Virus record (IMG/VR): IMGVR_UViG_3300046786_000293 | Span: 1 to 64,000 of that record | Reading direction: 5' to 3' (one strand) | Origin: a virus | Taxonomy: Duplodnaviria; Caudoviricetes | Length of the DNA stretch: 64,000 bases | Shown: in pieces, positions 26,977 through 36,259 of the stretch | Layout of the letters: every line of letters begins with the position of its first letter | Position numbering within the stretch: the first letter of the stretch is position 1 | Position numbers and translations under genes: made by a program | The notes under the pieces: generated by a model | The model's input: only the letters and a program-made list of their open reading frames with translations | Told to the model about the DNA's origin: nothing | Database searches by the model: none

Positions 26977-27335
26977 TGAATATCAATCCGTTGTCGAGAC
27001 AGTGTGAGGTAGTCATTTACAGTTTTACTCATGTTGCCGAATATAGTATATACTGCTGGGCGACAATAAAAACAATCGAAGGTATTTTCTTTTGCTGAAA
27101 ACATAGTCTTGCTGTCTTGCGGAATGTACTTTTCCATCAAACAAAAGTCATCAAATTTTATATCACGAATTCGAGTGAACAGAACCCAATCAATCGCACA
27201 CCTACTACCAAATATAATCTGATCTAAGACCAGTGCAGAATGCAATATGTCCGACTGTTTAAAAATTTTGAACTGCTCAATAGGATTAACTATCGAGGCA
27301 ATATCGACATCTTGTTCTACTAAAAATACACGCAT
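26967..27335 (-). CDS. Hypothetical protein
   Basis: ORF in the chain; TRIRD motif resembles the neighbouring gene. Confidence 0.6.
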   Translation of the reverse strand: MRVFLVEQDVDIASIVNPIEQFKIFKQSDILHSALVLDQIIFGSRCAIDWVLFTRIRDIKFDDFCLMEKYIPQDSKTMFSAKENTFDCFYCRPAVYTIFGNMSKTVNDYLTLSRQRIDIQWL

Positions 27336-27340
27336 CGACT

Positions 27341-27574
27341 TTATTTATTGAGGCGGAATTTTCGCAGAAACTCATTGGCTTCTTCACAACCTTCAGCCAC
27401 AACATCTTCGGCAATAATGTCAAGTTCTTGCTCATGCAAATTAGAAATTTCACTGCGAATAAGTTGAATCATATACAACAGGTCTTCCATTTCGGCATTG
27501 TCCATGAACTCTTTTTGCTCACGAGCAGTAGCGTTAATAAACCAATCGAAGTTGTCTTTGTCGAAATCGTTCAT
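27341..27574 (-). CDS. Small acidic hypothetical protein
   Basis: GGAG RBS. Confidence 0.75.
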   Translation of the reverse strand: MNDFDKDNFDWFINATAREQKEFMDNAEMEDLLYMIQLIRSEISNLHEQELDIIAEDVVAEGCEEANEFLRKFRLNK

Positions 27575-27584
27575 TTTTAACTCC

Positions 27585-27887
27585 TTACTTTAGAGAAATT
27601 GCTTTGTAGCATTCGATATATACTTTATTTGCAAATTCTTTACTTGCACGAATCTGGTATTCAATAGTTCTATATTGAGGTTCTTCGTATGCCGATATGA
27701 TAATCGAAAGAACCACTCTATTACCATCAGCAATTGCAATAACCTGTGAGGCTGGAATTCCAGCCTGCCGAAGATCCATAATCTTATATGACAGTTCCTG
27801 CAAGTCATTGCATACTATTTTTTGTGCATTGGCACTTAACGATCCAGCCAGCACCAGCATCGCCAAAATACTTTTTATCTTATTCAT
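27585..27887 (-). CDS. Exported hypothetical protein
   Basis: Signal peptide; ATGA overlap with MNERI copy E. Confidence 0.75.
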   Translation of the reverse strand: MNKIKSILAMLVLAGSLSANAQKIVCNDLQELSYKIMDLRQAGIPASQVIAIADGNRVVLSIIISAYEEPQYRTIEYQIRASKEFANKVYIECYKAISLK

Positions 27888-28132
27888 TCTTCAACTCCGA
27901 AATGTTCTTCAATCGCTTGTTTATATTGTATACCCAAGGCACCCGGTGTTTGGCAATAGGTCTTATAAGCAACTACACCACATTCCCGAACAATCAACTC
28001 AGCGAACTTTTCGTCGTATACTTCATCAACAGGCCAAACTGGTTTTTCGGGCGGCGGAACCACAAGACCATCGTGAACAGCCATTGTATACTCCCAGGCT
28101 TGTTTTTTAAGTTCCTCAATTCGTTCGTTCAT
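27884..28132 (-). CDS. MNERI-family protein, copy E
   Basis: MNERIEELKKQA...KFAELIVREC...EHFGVEE. Confidence 0.85.
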   Translation of the reverse strand: MNERIEELKKQAWEYTMAVHDGLVVPPPEKPVWPVDEVYDEKFAELIVRECGVVAYKTYCQTPGALGIQYKQAIEEHFGVEE

Positions 28133-28380
28133 AGTTCAACTCCGAAATGTTGTTTAATCTTATCTACAATTTGTTGGCTTTGCTGTATTCTTGCTCTATT
28201 CCAATTGGCATCCTGTTCATTGAACACTTCCATATCCTCAACATACTTTTTCTGCCCATCTGCAATATTCATACATTCCCGAACAATCAACTCGGCGAAC
28301 TTGGCCTTGTCAAAATACCGGAAACCATCGTGCTCTTCGGTAGTTGCCTGTTCAGCAAGTTTTTTAATTCGTTCGTTCAT
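28129..28380 (-). CDS. MNERI-family protein, copy F
   Basis: MNERIKKLAEQA...KFAELIVREC...KQHFGVEL. Confidence 0.85.
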   Translation of the reverse strand: MNERIKKLAEQATTEEHDGFRYFDKAKFAELIVRECMNIADGQKKYVEDMEVFNEQDANWNRARIQQSQQIVDKIKQHFGVEL

Positions 28381-28381
28381 T

Positions 28382-28690
28382 TTACATGCTCCAATAGGTT
28401 TCCGAAGCCGGGTTGCAACACCACGGAGTGTCGGAGGCAATTTTTACATCTTTGCCAGTCATCAACGACTTCACAATTTTGTAAGTAGGTTCGTATTCCA
28501 TCTTGAACTGCGGAGTAGGATACAAGTGACGGAGTTCGCGCACTTCTCGTTCCATACCTGCTTCGTCGCGGCCTTGAAATTCGTAGGTGCCCACACAGCG
28601 CCAACCAATTTGGTTGCGGCTACCATACTTGGAAACACGAGTCAAACGCTTGTCTGCTTTGTAGATACGCAGGGTGTATTCTTGTTTCAT
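28382..28690 (-). CDS. Hypothetical protein (cassette gene)
   Basis: Start MKQEYT after GGAG; C-terminal PWCCNPASETYWSM. Confidence 0.8.
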   Translation of the reverse strand: MKQEYTLRIYKADKRLTRVSKYGSRNQIGWRCVGTYEFQGRDEAGMEREVRELRHLYPTPQFKMEYEPTYKIVKSLMTGKDVKIASDTPWCCNPASETYWSM

Positions 28691-28696
28691 TCGGCA

Positions 28697-28772
28697 CTCC
28701 TTTGTTGCAATACAAGTATTATAGCAAAAATGGGAATTTCGGTCAACCAAAAAAGTAATACTTAAGCATTAC
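28697..28772 (-). repeat. Cassette leader, promoter and palindrome; near-identical to 29048-29103
   Basis: TTGACC-17-TATAAT; shared ACTCCTTTGTTGCAATACAAGTATTATAGCAAAA; GTAATAC-TTAA-GCATTAC. Confidence 0.9.
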
Positions 28773-29041
28773 ACCAAGTCAACTTGCACTTGTTGGTAAC
28801 CAAAGCAAGAACGCACCAAGCCGGTGGGCACAGGCTTGCGAGTGGCTTCTGCCATACGACGGTCGTAGCTCAAACGAATCATTGCATCCCATACAGCGGC
28901 CCGAGCGTTGCCAGTGGCAAACTGCTCGCTCATTTGCTGGATAGTGATATACATACCAAATTCTTCGCCGCCTTCAGTCTGGAGAATAAAGCGGAATTTT
29001 TGACTGTTTTTAAAGCCTTCAACAAGTGTCTTAGTACGCAT
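28769..29041 (-). CDS. Hypothetical protein (cassette gene)
   Basis: Start MRTKTL after GGAG. Confidence 0.8.
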   Translation of the reverse strand: MRTKTLVEGFKNSQKFRFILQTEGGEEFGMYITIQQMSEQFATGNARAAVWDAMIRLSYDRRMAEATRKPVPTGLVRSCFGYQQVQVDLV

Positions 29042-29047
29042 CTGAAA

Positions 29048-29158
29048 CTCCTTTGTTGCAATACAAGTATTATAGCAAAATTGGGATTTTCGGTCAACCA
29101 AAAAGAAACCCGCCAAAATAGCGGGTTATTATTACAAAATGTAATACTTAGGTATTAC
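29048..29158 (-). repeat. Cassette leader, promoter, GC hairpin and perfect palindrome
   Basis: TTGACC-17-TATAAT; CCCGC..GCGGG hairpin at 29106-29127; GTAATAC-TTAG-GTATTAC at 29141-29158. Confidence 0.9.
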
Positions 29159-29397
29159 TTTTTAAAAGCAAACTTAGAAACGTCAAATTTGGTAGCTTCT
29201 TGTACCAACTTAGCTGTTTCTTGTGCCACAGAAGTAGCAGTATCAATACCGACTTTAGTAGCCTTTTTGGTATACTCGGCTTGAGCGTCGATAAAACTAT
29301 TCAATGCTTTGGCGATTGCTTCGTTTTGAACGAAAGTAGATACGAATTGCTTTTTGCTGTTTTGTACAGCGTCGATTGTTGCGTCTAGTGTAAACAT
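29155..29397 (-). CDS. Phasin-like amphipathic small protein
   Basis: Ala/Lys/Thr-rich helical sequence; AGGAGA RBS; phasin similarity is recalled, not verified. Confidence 0.5.
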   Translation of the reverse strand: MFTLDATIDAVQNSKKQFVSTFVQNEAIAKALNSFIDAQAEYTKKATKVGIDTATSVAQETAKLVQEATKFDVSKFAFKK

Positions 29398-29565
29398 AAT
29401 TTCTCCTTAAATAGACAAAATTTACTCGGGCGACCCACCTATTGGCATCACACAAAGTATTTAGTAATTATATGTGGCACTGCAACATAAATCAAGCATT
29501 TTTTCTAGTGAGTTGATACTAAAGTAAATACACTACATTCGATATAACTTGCAAGGAGATCAAGA

Positions 29566-29919
29566 ATGGAAATTTTATTAGTATTACTGGCAGTCATTAT
29601 TGGCTGGGTTCTTTGGAATCATAACCAAAGTCAAAAAGCCAAGGCGTCGGCCGCAGTTGCTGAGTCTGCAAAGGAAGAAGCACCTTATAAGGTTGAACCG
29701 CCCAAGGTTGAAGAAATCGCCGCGGCAGCTCAAATCAATAGTGTTGTTGGTGCTAGCGCCATCGCCGCAGTCGCAGTAGCAGAAAGCAAAGTAGAAGAAG
29801 CTAAACCAGCCAAGGCCAAAAAACCAGCGGCTATGAAAGCTAAGAAGCCAGCAGCCGCAAAAAAGCCGGTTACCAAAAAGGCACCGGCTAAGAAGCCTGT
29901 ATCTAAAAAGTCAGTTTAA
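29566..29919 (+). CDS. Membrane-anchored protein with histone-H1-like AKKP-rich tail
   Basis: N-terminal TM; repeats KPAKAKKPAAMKAKKPAAAKKP; AAGGAG RBS. Confidence 0.8.
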   Translation: MEILLVLLAVIIGWVLWNHNQSQKAKASAAVAESAKEEAPYKVEPPKVEEIAAAAQINSVVGASAIAAVAVAESKVEEAKPAKAKKPAAMKAKKPAAAKKPVTKKAPAKKPVSKKSV

Positions 29920-30956
29920 ACTAAACCTTTAAGTTGAGCATATTTGGCCAGTTCAAAGCTGGCCAAATTTTTGGCTTTACTTTCGCACATGATATCGTGT
30001 GTGCCCAAGAACTGTACAGCCCAATCATTGACTGCGGTGTTCCAATAGAAATCACTATGGGCTCGCAGTTTTTGCTTCTTGTGTCCGCTTTCCATTAGCG
30101 CATCATAGGCGGGACATCTGTCGCGGGCGTGATCCACAAGATAATCTTCGCGAGATACACTGTAATGTAGAGTAGGCCTGACACCGCGCCAACTATCAAC
30201 GACCCTTTTAACACGGTCGTCAGTAGGGCTAATATATTCGCCTTCTCGAACCCAATGGTGGTGAATGTCAAGCACCACAGGCACAAGATCACCAATGCTA
30301 AGACAATCATCCAATCCATAACTTATTTCCTCGTTTTCTATAGTGATACAATTACGTGCTTCATTCGATAGTCTCGTGTAAGCACTACGAATACCGTCAG
30401 GACCAAGACGACCACTGATGTGTACATTAATCTTAAAGTCCTGAAAACTCTTGCCATAACCCATGTAACGTGCCATGTCTACATGATACTCGAATTCTTC
30501 TATGCTACGATTTACAATGTCAGAGTTATCGCTAGCAAGCACAGTAAACTGGCCTGGATGCATACTGAGACGCACATTGTGGGTACGAGCAATTTCTCCA
30601 ATGCGAGCAAAATGACGTTCTGCGTAGGCCACCACATCTGGCTGACGCCAAAAGTAAGACCAATTAGGCTCAGTGTAAGCAGGAAGTATATCGCTTGACA
30701 AACGTACCATTCTAAGATGAGGATCAAGTTGACTAACCCTTTCGACTAGCATCCGGGTAGATTCGATGTTTTGACGCATCAAGTCCCATAGTTTTTCTTC
30801 AGCTACATGCTTACTTTGTCTATTTAGCCACGAAATGGTAGTAGTTCCGGTGTTGTACTTTTTGGCATCGTCTTTGGGACCGATGCCGTCAACTTGACCT
30901 GCGTGGTCAATCCACTTACAAGCGAAACCGATGCGGGGAGTAATAGTTGTAGTCAT
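29916..30956 (-). CDS. uvsE: UV DNA damage endonuclease (UvsE/UvdE)
   Basis: RIGFACK, RLSSD, RLSMHPGQF, IENEE, VLDIHHHW, RAHSD, MCESKAKN. Confidence 0.93.
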   Translation of the reverse strand: MTTTITPRIGFACKWIDHAGQVDGIGPKDDAKKYNTGTTTISWLNRQSKHVAEEKLWDLMRQNIESTRMLVERVSQLDPHLRMVRLSSDILPAYTEPNWSYFWRQPDVVAYAERHFARIGEIARTHNVRLSMHPGQFTVLASDNSDIVNRSIEEFEYHVDMARYMGYGKSFQDFKINVHISGRLGPDGIRSAYTRLSNEARNCITIENEEISYGLDDCLSIGDLVPVVLDIHHHWVREGEYISPTDDRVKRVVDSWRGVRPTLHYSVSREDYLVDHARDRCPAYDALMESGHKKQKLRAHSDFYWNTAVNDWAVQFLGTHDIMCESKAKNLASFELAKYAQLKGLV

Positions 30957-30987
30957 ACTGCAATTATAGCAGTATTTAATTTAATTG

Positions 30988-31431
30988 TCAACTATAAATC
31001 CATCCCAAATGCTCTAAACGATGTATCCACGTAAAAATGGGTGTTTCAAATTCTAATTCCCATTGTCCGTTCCATCCCAAATATGTAGATGATCGATGAA
31101 ATTTTGGTAAAGGTTTTGATTGTTCACTGGCCCACGGTTCTGGGTATTCTGGGTAGTATCTATTACTCCATTTAAACCTGTCTAAGGTCATTCCTTCGAA
31201 GGTAACAGATTCTATTTCTACAGCCATGTCGGGTGTTTCATTGGTTTTGTTTTCAAACTTAATATAAAAAATTATAGGCCCAGATTGCAAGTCAATATTA
31301 AAATCTAATGTAGTGTCGTGTTGTAATTCTAATAGATTAAATTCATCTAAGTGTTTGAAGCCATACGTTATAATTGGTCGAACTAAACCGTGAGGCTTTA
31401 ATTTAATACTGAATTCTGTATTATACTTCAT
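30988..31431 (-). CDS. Hypothetical protein
   Basis: 147-aa ORF; YLGWNG.W motif. Confidence 0.75.
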   Translation of the reverse strand: MKYNTEFSIKLKPHGLVRPIITYGFKHLDEFNLLELQHDTTLDFNIDLQSGPIIFYIKFENKTNETPDMAVEIESVTFEGMTLDRFKWSNRYYPEYPEPWASEQSKPLPKFHRSSTYLGWNGQWELEFETPIFTWIHRLEHLGWIYS

Positions 31432-32728
31432 ATCCTATAGATTGTAAAAATTCTGAATATTCAGGATAATAATCATATGCATTAAGATCAAAAGACTTAT
31501 CCCATTTTATCAACCAATTTGCTAGTTCTTTCCGTTGCGTCTCAATATCAATTGGTTCTGACTCTTTTAAGAGATGAATTATACTATTGCACTCTGCAAT
31601 TAATTGTATATCTAATCTGCTAGTATCCCTGCCGGTTGTTAATGTGCTAATAGATCTAGTAGACTGTTGTTGAATTATTGATTTTGTATTCTCATAATTA
31701 TCAATAAAACTTTTTCTAATAGATTCTGGCAGCACATTTATAGACAAATATGCAGGTCTTGCTAACGGTATTCCTTGCACAGCTAACTTCTGTTCCCATG
31801 CCCAAAGAATATATTCGTGATAATTGTTAACATTTAATAACTGCGGAACGCTACGTAATATTACTTTAAATGTTTCTGTTTGTTGAGCCGCTAATTTTTC
31901 TATATTTTCTTTGACAAGATCTGTTATAGATCCCATACCTTGTCTAATGTAATGATTGTTCTTGTGTAAAGATTCTATACTAATCTCAAGATCGAACGAT
32001 CTAAATTTTTTTAATTTGTCTATGAATTCTTGATCTAATATAGTTCCATTAGTTACAAAGCTGATACTAATACCAGTTCTGTTTGTATCAATTAAATAAT
32101 CCACTAATTGCTTGAATCTTTTACTAAGCATAGGCTCACCGCCCATTAGATGCAATCTATTAATATTCGAATTATCTACACTAATTAAAAAGTTATTCCA
32201 ACTTGTATCGTCATTGGTCCAATTTTTCCTACGTTCAAAAGGTAAGCCCCACGTAGTATACTTCGAGGCAATCTGACTACTGGCGTTAGGGTTGCACATT
32301 TTACAACTTAGATTACATTCATTACCTAAATCAACATGCCAGTCAATTGGTGGAGATTGATCTCTATCTGGTGCTTCAAATTTATCAATCCATGGACTTT
32401 GTATGTAACTTTTATCAAATGCCTGTTTTGTAAATATTACACTTTTAAAGTTTTCTTTAATGCGCCTACTTTCGTAGCCAATGGATTCTTCATAGTAACA
32501 TCTTTTACATATAGATAATTCTTTGTCTCCAGTGATATTATTTCTAATCTCTTTCATAGGCTTAGAATTATACCATTCAATTACTGTCATTTTTGACAGA
32601 TTATATTCGTCTTTAAGATCATCTCTGTAAGGTCTATGTTGCTCGCTACAACATGTTCCGAGACTTCCATCCCAATATATATGAGCATTAGTCCATGGGA
32701 CATTACAGAAAATTTTTGAATTAGACAT
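31421..32728 (-). CDS. Radical SAM protein with N-terminal twitch/SPASM-like domain
   Basis: CNLSCKMC; LMGGEP; N-terminal CNVPW...TCC...CKRC. Confidence 0.88.
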   Translation of the reverse strand: MSNSKIFCNVPWTNAHIYWDGSLGTCCSEQHRPYRDDLKDEYNLSKMTVIEWYNSKPMKEIRNNITGDKELSICKRCYYEESIGYESRRIKENFKSVIFTKQAFDKSYIQSPWIDKFEAPDRDQSPPIDWHVDLGNECNLSCKMCNPNASSQIASKYTTWGLPFERRKNWTNDDTSWNNFLISVDNSNINRLHLMGGEPMLSKRFKQLVDYLIDTNRTGISISFVTNGTILDQEFIDKLKKFRSFDLEISIESLHKNNHYIRQGMGSITDLVKENIEKLAAQQTETFKVILRSVPQLLNVNNYHEYILWAWEQKLAVQGIPLARPAYLSINVLPESIRKSFIDNYENTKSIIQQQSTRSISTLTTGRDTSRLDIQLIAECNSIIHLLKESEPIDIETQRKELANWLIKWDKSFDLNAYDYYPEYSEFLQSIGYEV

Positions 32729-32759
32729 GAATTAAGTAAAACAAAATATCGATATTAAA

Positions 32760-33482
32760 TTAAGAATCGAAATTAATACTAATTACGTGCTCGTAGTTTT
32801 TCTTAATAAGACTCTTGTACATTAAATTTTTATGCACTAAAAAGTTAGTAGCGCCAGCGTCCATACTAAATTTGGCTAGCTGTTTAAAAAATAAAGCACG
32901 ACGATTAAAGATTCCGCCGCAAGTGGATTCTAAACCGCTTAATTTATATACTGCGGTTTGCCAAAGTGTTTTATCACGTTGATCCCAGTCATGAATTTCG
33001 GTAAACGCTGTTAGATTATTGTTTGCTTTAATAATAGCAGGTTGACTATATTCACGATCTTTAAAGTCTTGATTTTTATAATCCTTAACTGTGGTTATAA
33101 TAGTACCGGTACTCGAATTACATAAATGTTCAATTGCTCTCTGTTGATCTTGTTCATTACCAAAGAATGTCAGATACTCGTCGAACGCAATTACACAGTC
33201 AAATTTCTTTGTTTCGCTAGCAGAATATTGTTTAACATTTATACCTTGTTGGTGTATCCAATCAATGACTGGTGGGTTAACTTCGTCTATATAAATTTCT
33301 TTAGCACTAATGCTTAAGATTGCAGGATTAAATCCGATGAACAATACCGAGTCAGCCGAGGTATTGTAATATTCAAAAATTCTGTCAACAATTTCTTGTT
33401 TACGATCAATAATGTCTTTTCTTTTATTATGCAGACAAAACGCATTGAAAATAATGTCATTGTAATTAGCAAATTGAGTCAT
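32760..33482 (-). CDS. Degenerate class I SAM methyltransferase-like protein
   Basis: SVLFIGF; KFDCVIAFDEYLTF; weak motif support. Confidence 0.45.
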   Translation of the reverse strand: MTQFANYNDIIFNAFCLHNKRKDIIDRKQEIVDRIFEYYNTSADSVLFIGFNPAILSISAKEIYIDEVNPPVIDWIHQQGINVKQYSASETKKFDCVIAFDEYLTFFGNEQDQQRAIEHLCNSSTGTIITTVKDYKNQDFKDREYSQPAIIKANNNLTAFTEIHDWDQRDKTLWQTAVYKLSGLESTCGGIFNRRALFFKQLAKFSMDAGATNFLVHKNLMYKSLIKKNYEHVISINFDS

Positions 33483-33505
33483 ATTATTGTTTTTATACCA
33501 ATAAC

Positions 33506-34525
33506 TTATTTATTGGATTCTCTATATAAGTCCAAGGTCACACAATGAAACCCGCCGCCTAATGTGCGACTATGTCTTAGTTCCAAGGGAATTACTTCTA
33601 TACCAAATTTATCTAATGTATCCATTAATTTTGTTTGATTACGGTCAACAATTACAGTTTTGGGATCAACACTAAGCATATTAAGTGCAATCCACTTACT
33701 AGCATAGGGATATTGATAAAACGACTGTGCAACTACATCGTCAACCCAAATCTTTTCCCAATCGTCGAATAGCTTAGGACAATTATCGGAGTTAACTCTA
33801 CTGGCATTTAGTACTACAAGTCCGTCACGCAATACAGTTATTGTACTATCTATGTGGGCATAGGCGTATAGGTTATCGATAACATGGACTCGATATTTTT
33901 CACCTAAGACATTTTGTAACCATCTAGCACCCAGTCTATTCCCACTGTTGCTAACAAGGTACAAAATATCATTGTTATGTCTAAGTATATTAGCAGCATC
34001 AAATATAGGTTCTCTATCGCTTAAGACAATGTTATTATCTTGTATATAATTTTCCTGTAATAGCAACCTAGGACGGGGGGCCGCAATCCAGCGTACATCG
34101 TCTTGGTAAGCACTTTGCTTAATTTTCCAATAAGCATTAGCTTCCATTTGACGAGCACGATAAGCCATGGGAGCTTCGATTACCAAATCATCTACTACTA
34201 ATAATACATCACGGGGACAATAATTATACATGCCATCGGTTTCCCATTCATGTGTACGTACAATGTGGCCATGATCTAAGTCTTTAGGTCTATATACATC
34301 AACGCCAAAACTTTTTAAAGTATTGGCAAGATTGTCTAGATCTTCATTTGCTTCATCGATTATATGTTGTGGGAATCTTCCTTTTGGGTGCGGAGTTTCT
34401 TTCCATCCAGTTATTTCCCAATTATATGCAAATATTTCATCATACTCGGGAAACCGTGCCCCAGTGGCATCCCCCACAATGCAGGTTTTTAACGTATCAT
34501 ATTCATTGCAACTTTTAATCTTCAT
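33506..34525 (-). CDS. Amidinotransferase (glycine/inosamine-phosphate amidinotransferase family)
   Basis: NEYDTLKTCIVG, YCPRD, FDAAN, HIDST, GGGFHCVT (Asp-His-Cys triad). Confidence 0.9.
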   Translation of the reverse strand: MKIKSCNEYDTLKTCIVGDATGARFPEYDEIFAYNWEITGWKETPHPKGRFPQHIIDEANEDLDNLANTLKSFGVDVYRPKDLDHGHIVRTHEWETDGMYNYCPRDVLLVVDDLVIEAPMAYRARQMEANAYWKIKQSAYQDDVRWIAAPRPRLLLQENYIQDNNIVLSDREPIFDAANILRHNNDILYLVSNSGNRLGARWLQNVLGEKYRVHVIDNLYAYAHIDSTITVLRDGLVVLNASRVNSDNCPKLFDDWEKIWVDDVVAQSFYQYPYASKWIALNMLSVDPKTVIVDRNQTKLMDTLDKFGIEVIPLELRHSRTLGGGFHCVTLDLYRESNK

Positions 34526-35043
34526 TTATGTCCTGTGATTTGCAATGTATATCTTGGCAAATTTCCAAGATTAGCAGCCATATGCGGAGTATTATATCTC
34601 CAAATTAAACAATCACCTGCTCGCCAATTAACAAAAGGTTCCCCGTTAAGTTCTGTATAATGTCCCGATTGCCAATCTTCTAAGAAAACTATGGCTCTAT
34701 AGATCCAATGCTCACTGCCCTGTAGTTTAAAAAGATCTATGTATTTTTTATACAAGTCAGAATGATTAGGCAGAACCGTGCCAGCATCCATACGATAGTA
34801 ACTAGTCCCAATATCTTGCCAACCTTTAGCCTCAAAAAAATCAATAAATCTTTTATTCCAACTTGGTTGCGGTTCTCGCATGTCACACATATATCCAGTA
34901 AAGGGACCGCTAAATCCTTGACTTACCCAGTTGCTTATACTGTCGGGATCATTGAAAGGTTCACGAGTATAATTCAATGATGTATACTCGTCGTCCCAAA
35001 ACTTTTGTATATGTATTTTATTACTGACGTCTAGTGTTTCCAT
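34522..35043 (-). CDS. 2OG-Fe(II) oxygenase/cupin-like hydroxylase
   Basis: HxD (NHSD)...PHMAAN...RYTLQITG. Confidence 0.75.
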   Translation of the reverse strand: METLDVSNKIHIQKFWDDEYTSLNYTREPFNDPDSISNWVSQGFSGPFTGYMCDMREPQPSWNKRFIDFFEAKGWQDIGTSYYRMDAGTVLPNHSDLYKKYIDLFKLQGSEHWIYRAIVFLEDWQSGHYTELNGEPFVNWRAGDCLIWRYNTPHMAANLGNLPRYTLQITGHK

Positions 35044-36259
35044 AATGGATTACTTGAATAGTAGGAGTAGATTCTAGCTTGCGCCATGGATCAACAATTA
35101 CACTTCCATGTGCGATAAGGCAATAAGGTTGTGTTTTATCTTGTTCTCCCGTATATTCATACGTAATCTGACGATCATGTGCCCACAAATAAACCGCTGG
35201 GCCATGAACTTCCTTAACAACTTCAGTTGGATCGTCTGCTAACGGATCTACATAAACTACACTACGTCCTGCCGATTTAACATAATAACCCACCAATGTA
35301 CTATAACTTCCTATACAATATGGAACATCAGGTTTGTATGCTTTACCGTGAATCACGATAGGCAAATTAAATTTATTTGCTTGCTCGACTAGGAACAATG
35401 CTAAATTCTTTGCTTGTATTTCTCTGGCGTGCATGACGGTATCAAACAAGTCATATCCGATATCGTATTCTTGAGCAAGCCAGCGTAGAGCAATGTTATC
35501 ACGTGGATGACAAGCACCAGCATCGCCCATACCTGCTGTCATGTACTTAGGTCCCATAATACGCATGGTACTGCGAGCAAGAGCATTAGTAACAACATCA
35601 ACATTGATGTTACCAATCTTAAGTGCAAAGTCTTGAATCATGTTTACTAGTCCAACTTTAGCACTAATGAATGTATTGTAAAAAATTTTAATTGCTTCAC
35701 ATTCGTCCCATGTACCAATTTCATAACGAGGATTGTTTTGCATAACTGTGTCATACAATGCACGAAGTTCTCCAGCTAATGCGTTAGGATTCCCGTCCTC
35801 GGTACCGATCATGATCATTTCAGGATTAACCATGTCCCATTTTACTGAACCCATGGCAATCAAGTAAGGGTTATACAAGAATTGATGTTTTGCATCCAAT
35901 CTTGGAAAGAAATGTTTGCGAGTGGTGCCAGGCAAAACTGTGCTAATTAATACAATCTTTTTGCTAGTTTTAGCATATTTGTTGATATTATCAATAGCAC
36001 TAAGAACAGCGTCGTGTCCGAAATCTTTAGGAGTCATATGACTACTAGGTACGCTGCCGTCGTAACCTTCTGCATGTGGGGTTGGTACTGCAATAAAAAT
36101 CCATTCTGCATTATCGACTAGTTCTTCGATACCACAAACTTTTACAGTGTTACTGGTTCTTGGGTAAATATCATATCCCCAGACTTCATGTTTTTCGGCC
36201 ATAACCTCAGCACAGTCTAACCCTAGTTTACCGATTCCAATAAATCCAATTTTACTCAT
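35021..36259 (-). CDS. ugd: UDP-glucose/GDP-mannose dehydrogenase family protein
   Basis: GIGKLG, IAVPTP, YNPYLIA, KIFYN, GACHPRD, GKAYKP. Confidence 0.9.
   Translation of the reverse strand: MSKIGFIGIGKLGLDCAEVMAEKHEVWGYDIYPRTSNTVKVCGIEELVDNAEWIFIAVPTPHAEGYDGSVPSSHMTPKDFGHDAVLSAIDNINKYAKTSKKIVLISTVLPGTTRKHFFPRLDAKHQFLYNPYLIAMGSVKWDMVNPEMIMIGTEDGNPNALAGELRALYDTVMQNNPRYEIGTWDECEAIKIFYNTFISAKVGLVNMIQDFALKIGNINVDVVTNALARSTMRIMGPKYMTAGMGDAGACHPRDNIALRWLAQEYDIGYDLFDTVMHAREIQAKNLALFLVEQANKFNLPIVIHGKAYKPDVPYCIGSYSTLVGYYVKSAGRSVVYVDPLADDPTEVVKEVHGPAVYLWAHDRQITYEYTGEQDKTQPYCLIAHGSVIVDPWRKLESTPTIQVIHYGNTRRQ

Noticed and set aside
33506-34525. 7-deazaguanine (archaeosine) DNA modification pathway
   Set aside because: No folE, queD, queE, queC or dpdA-like genes are recognisable in the window, and the amidinotransferase is of the glycine/inosamine type.
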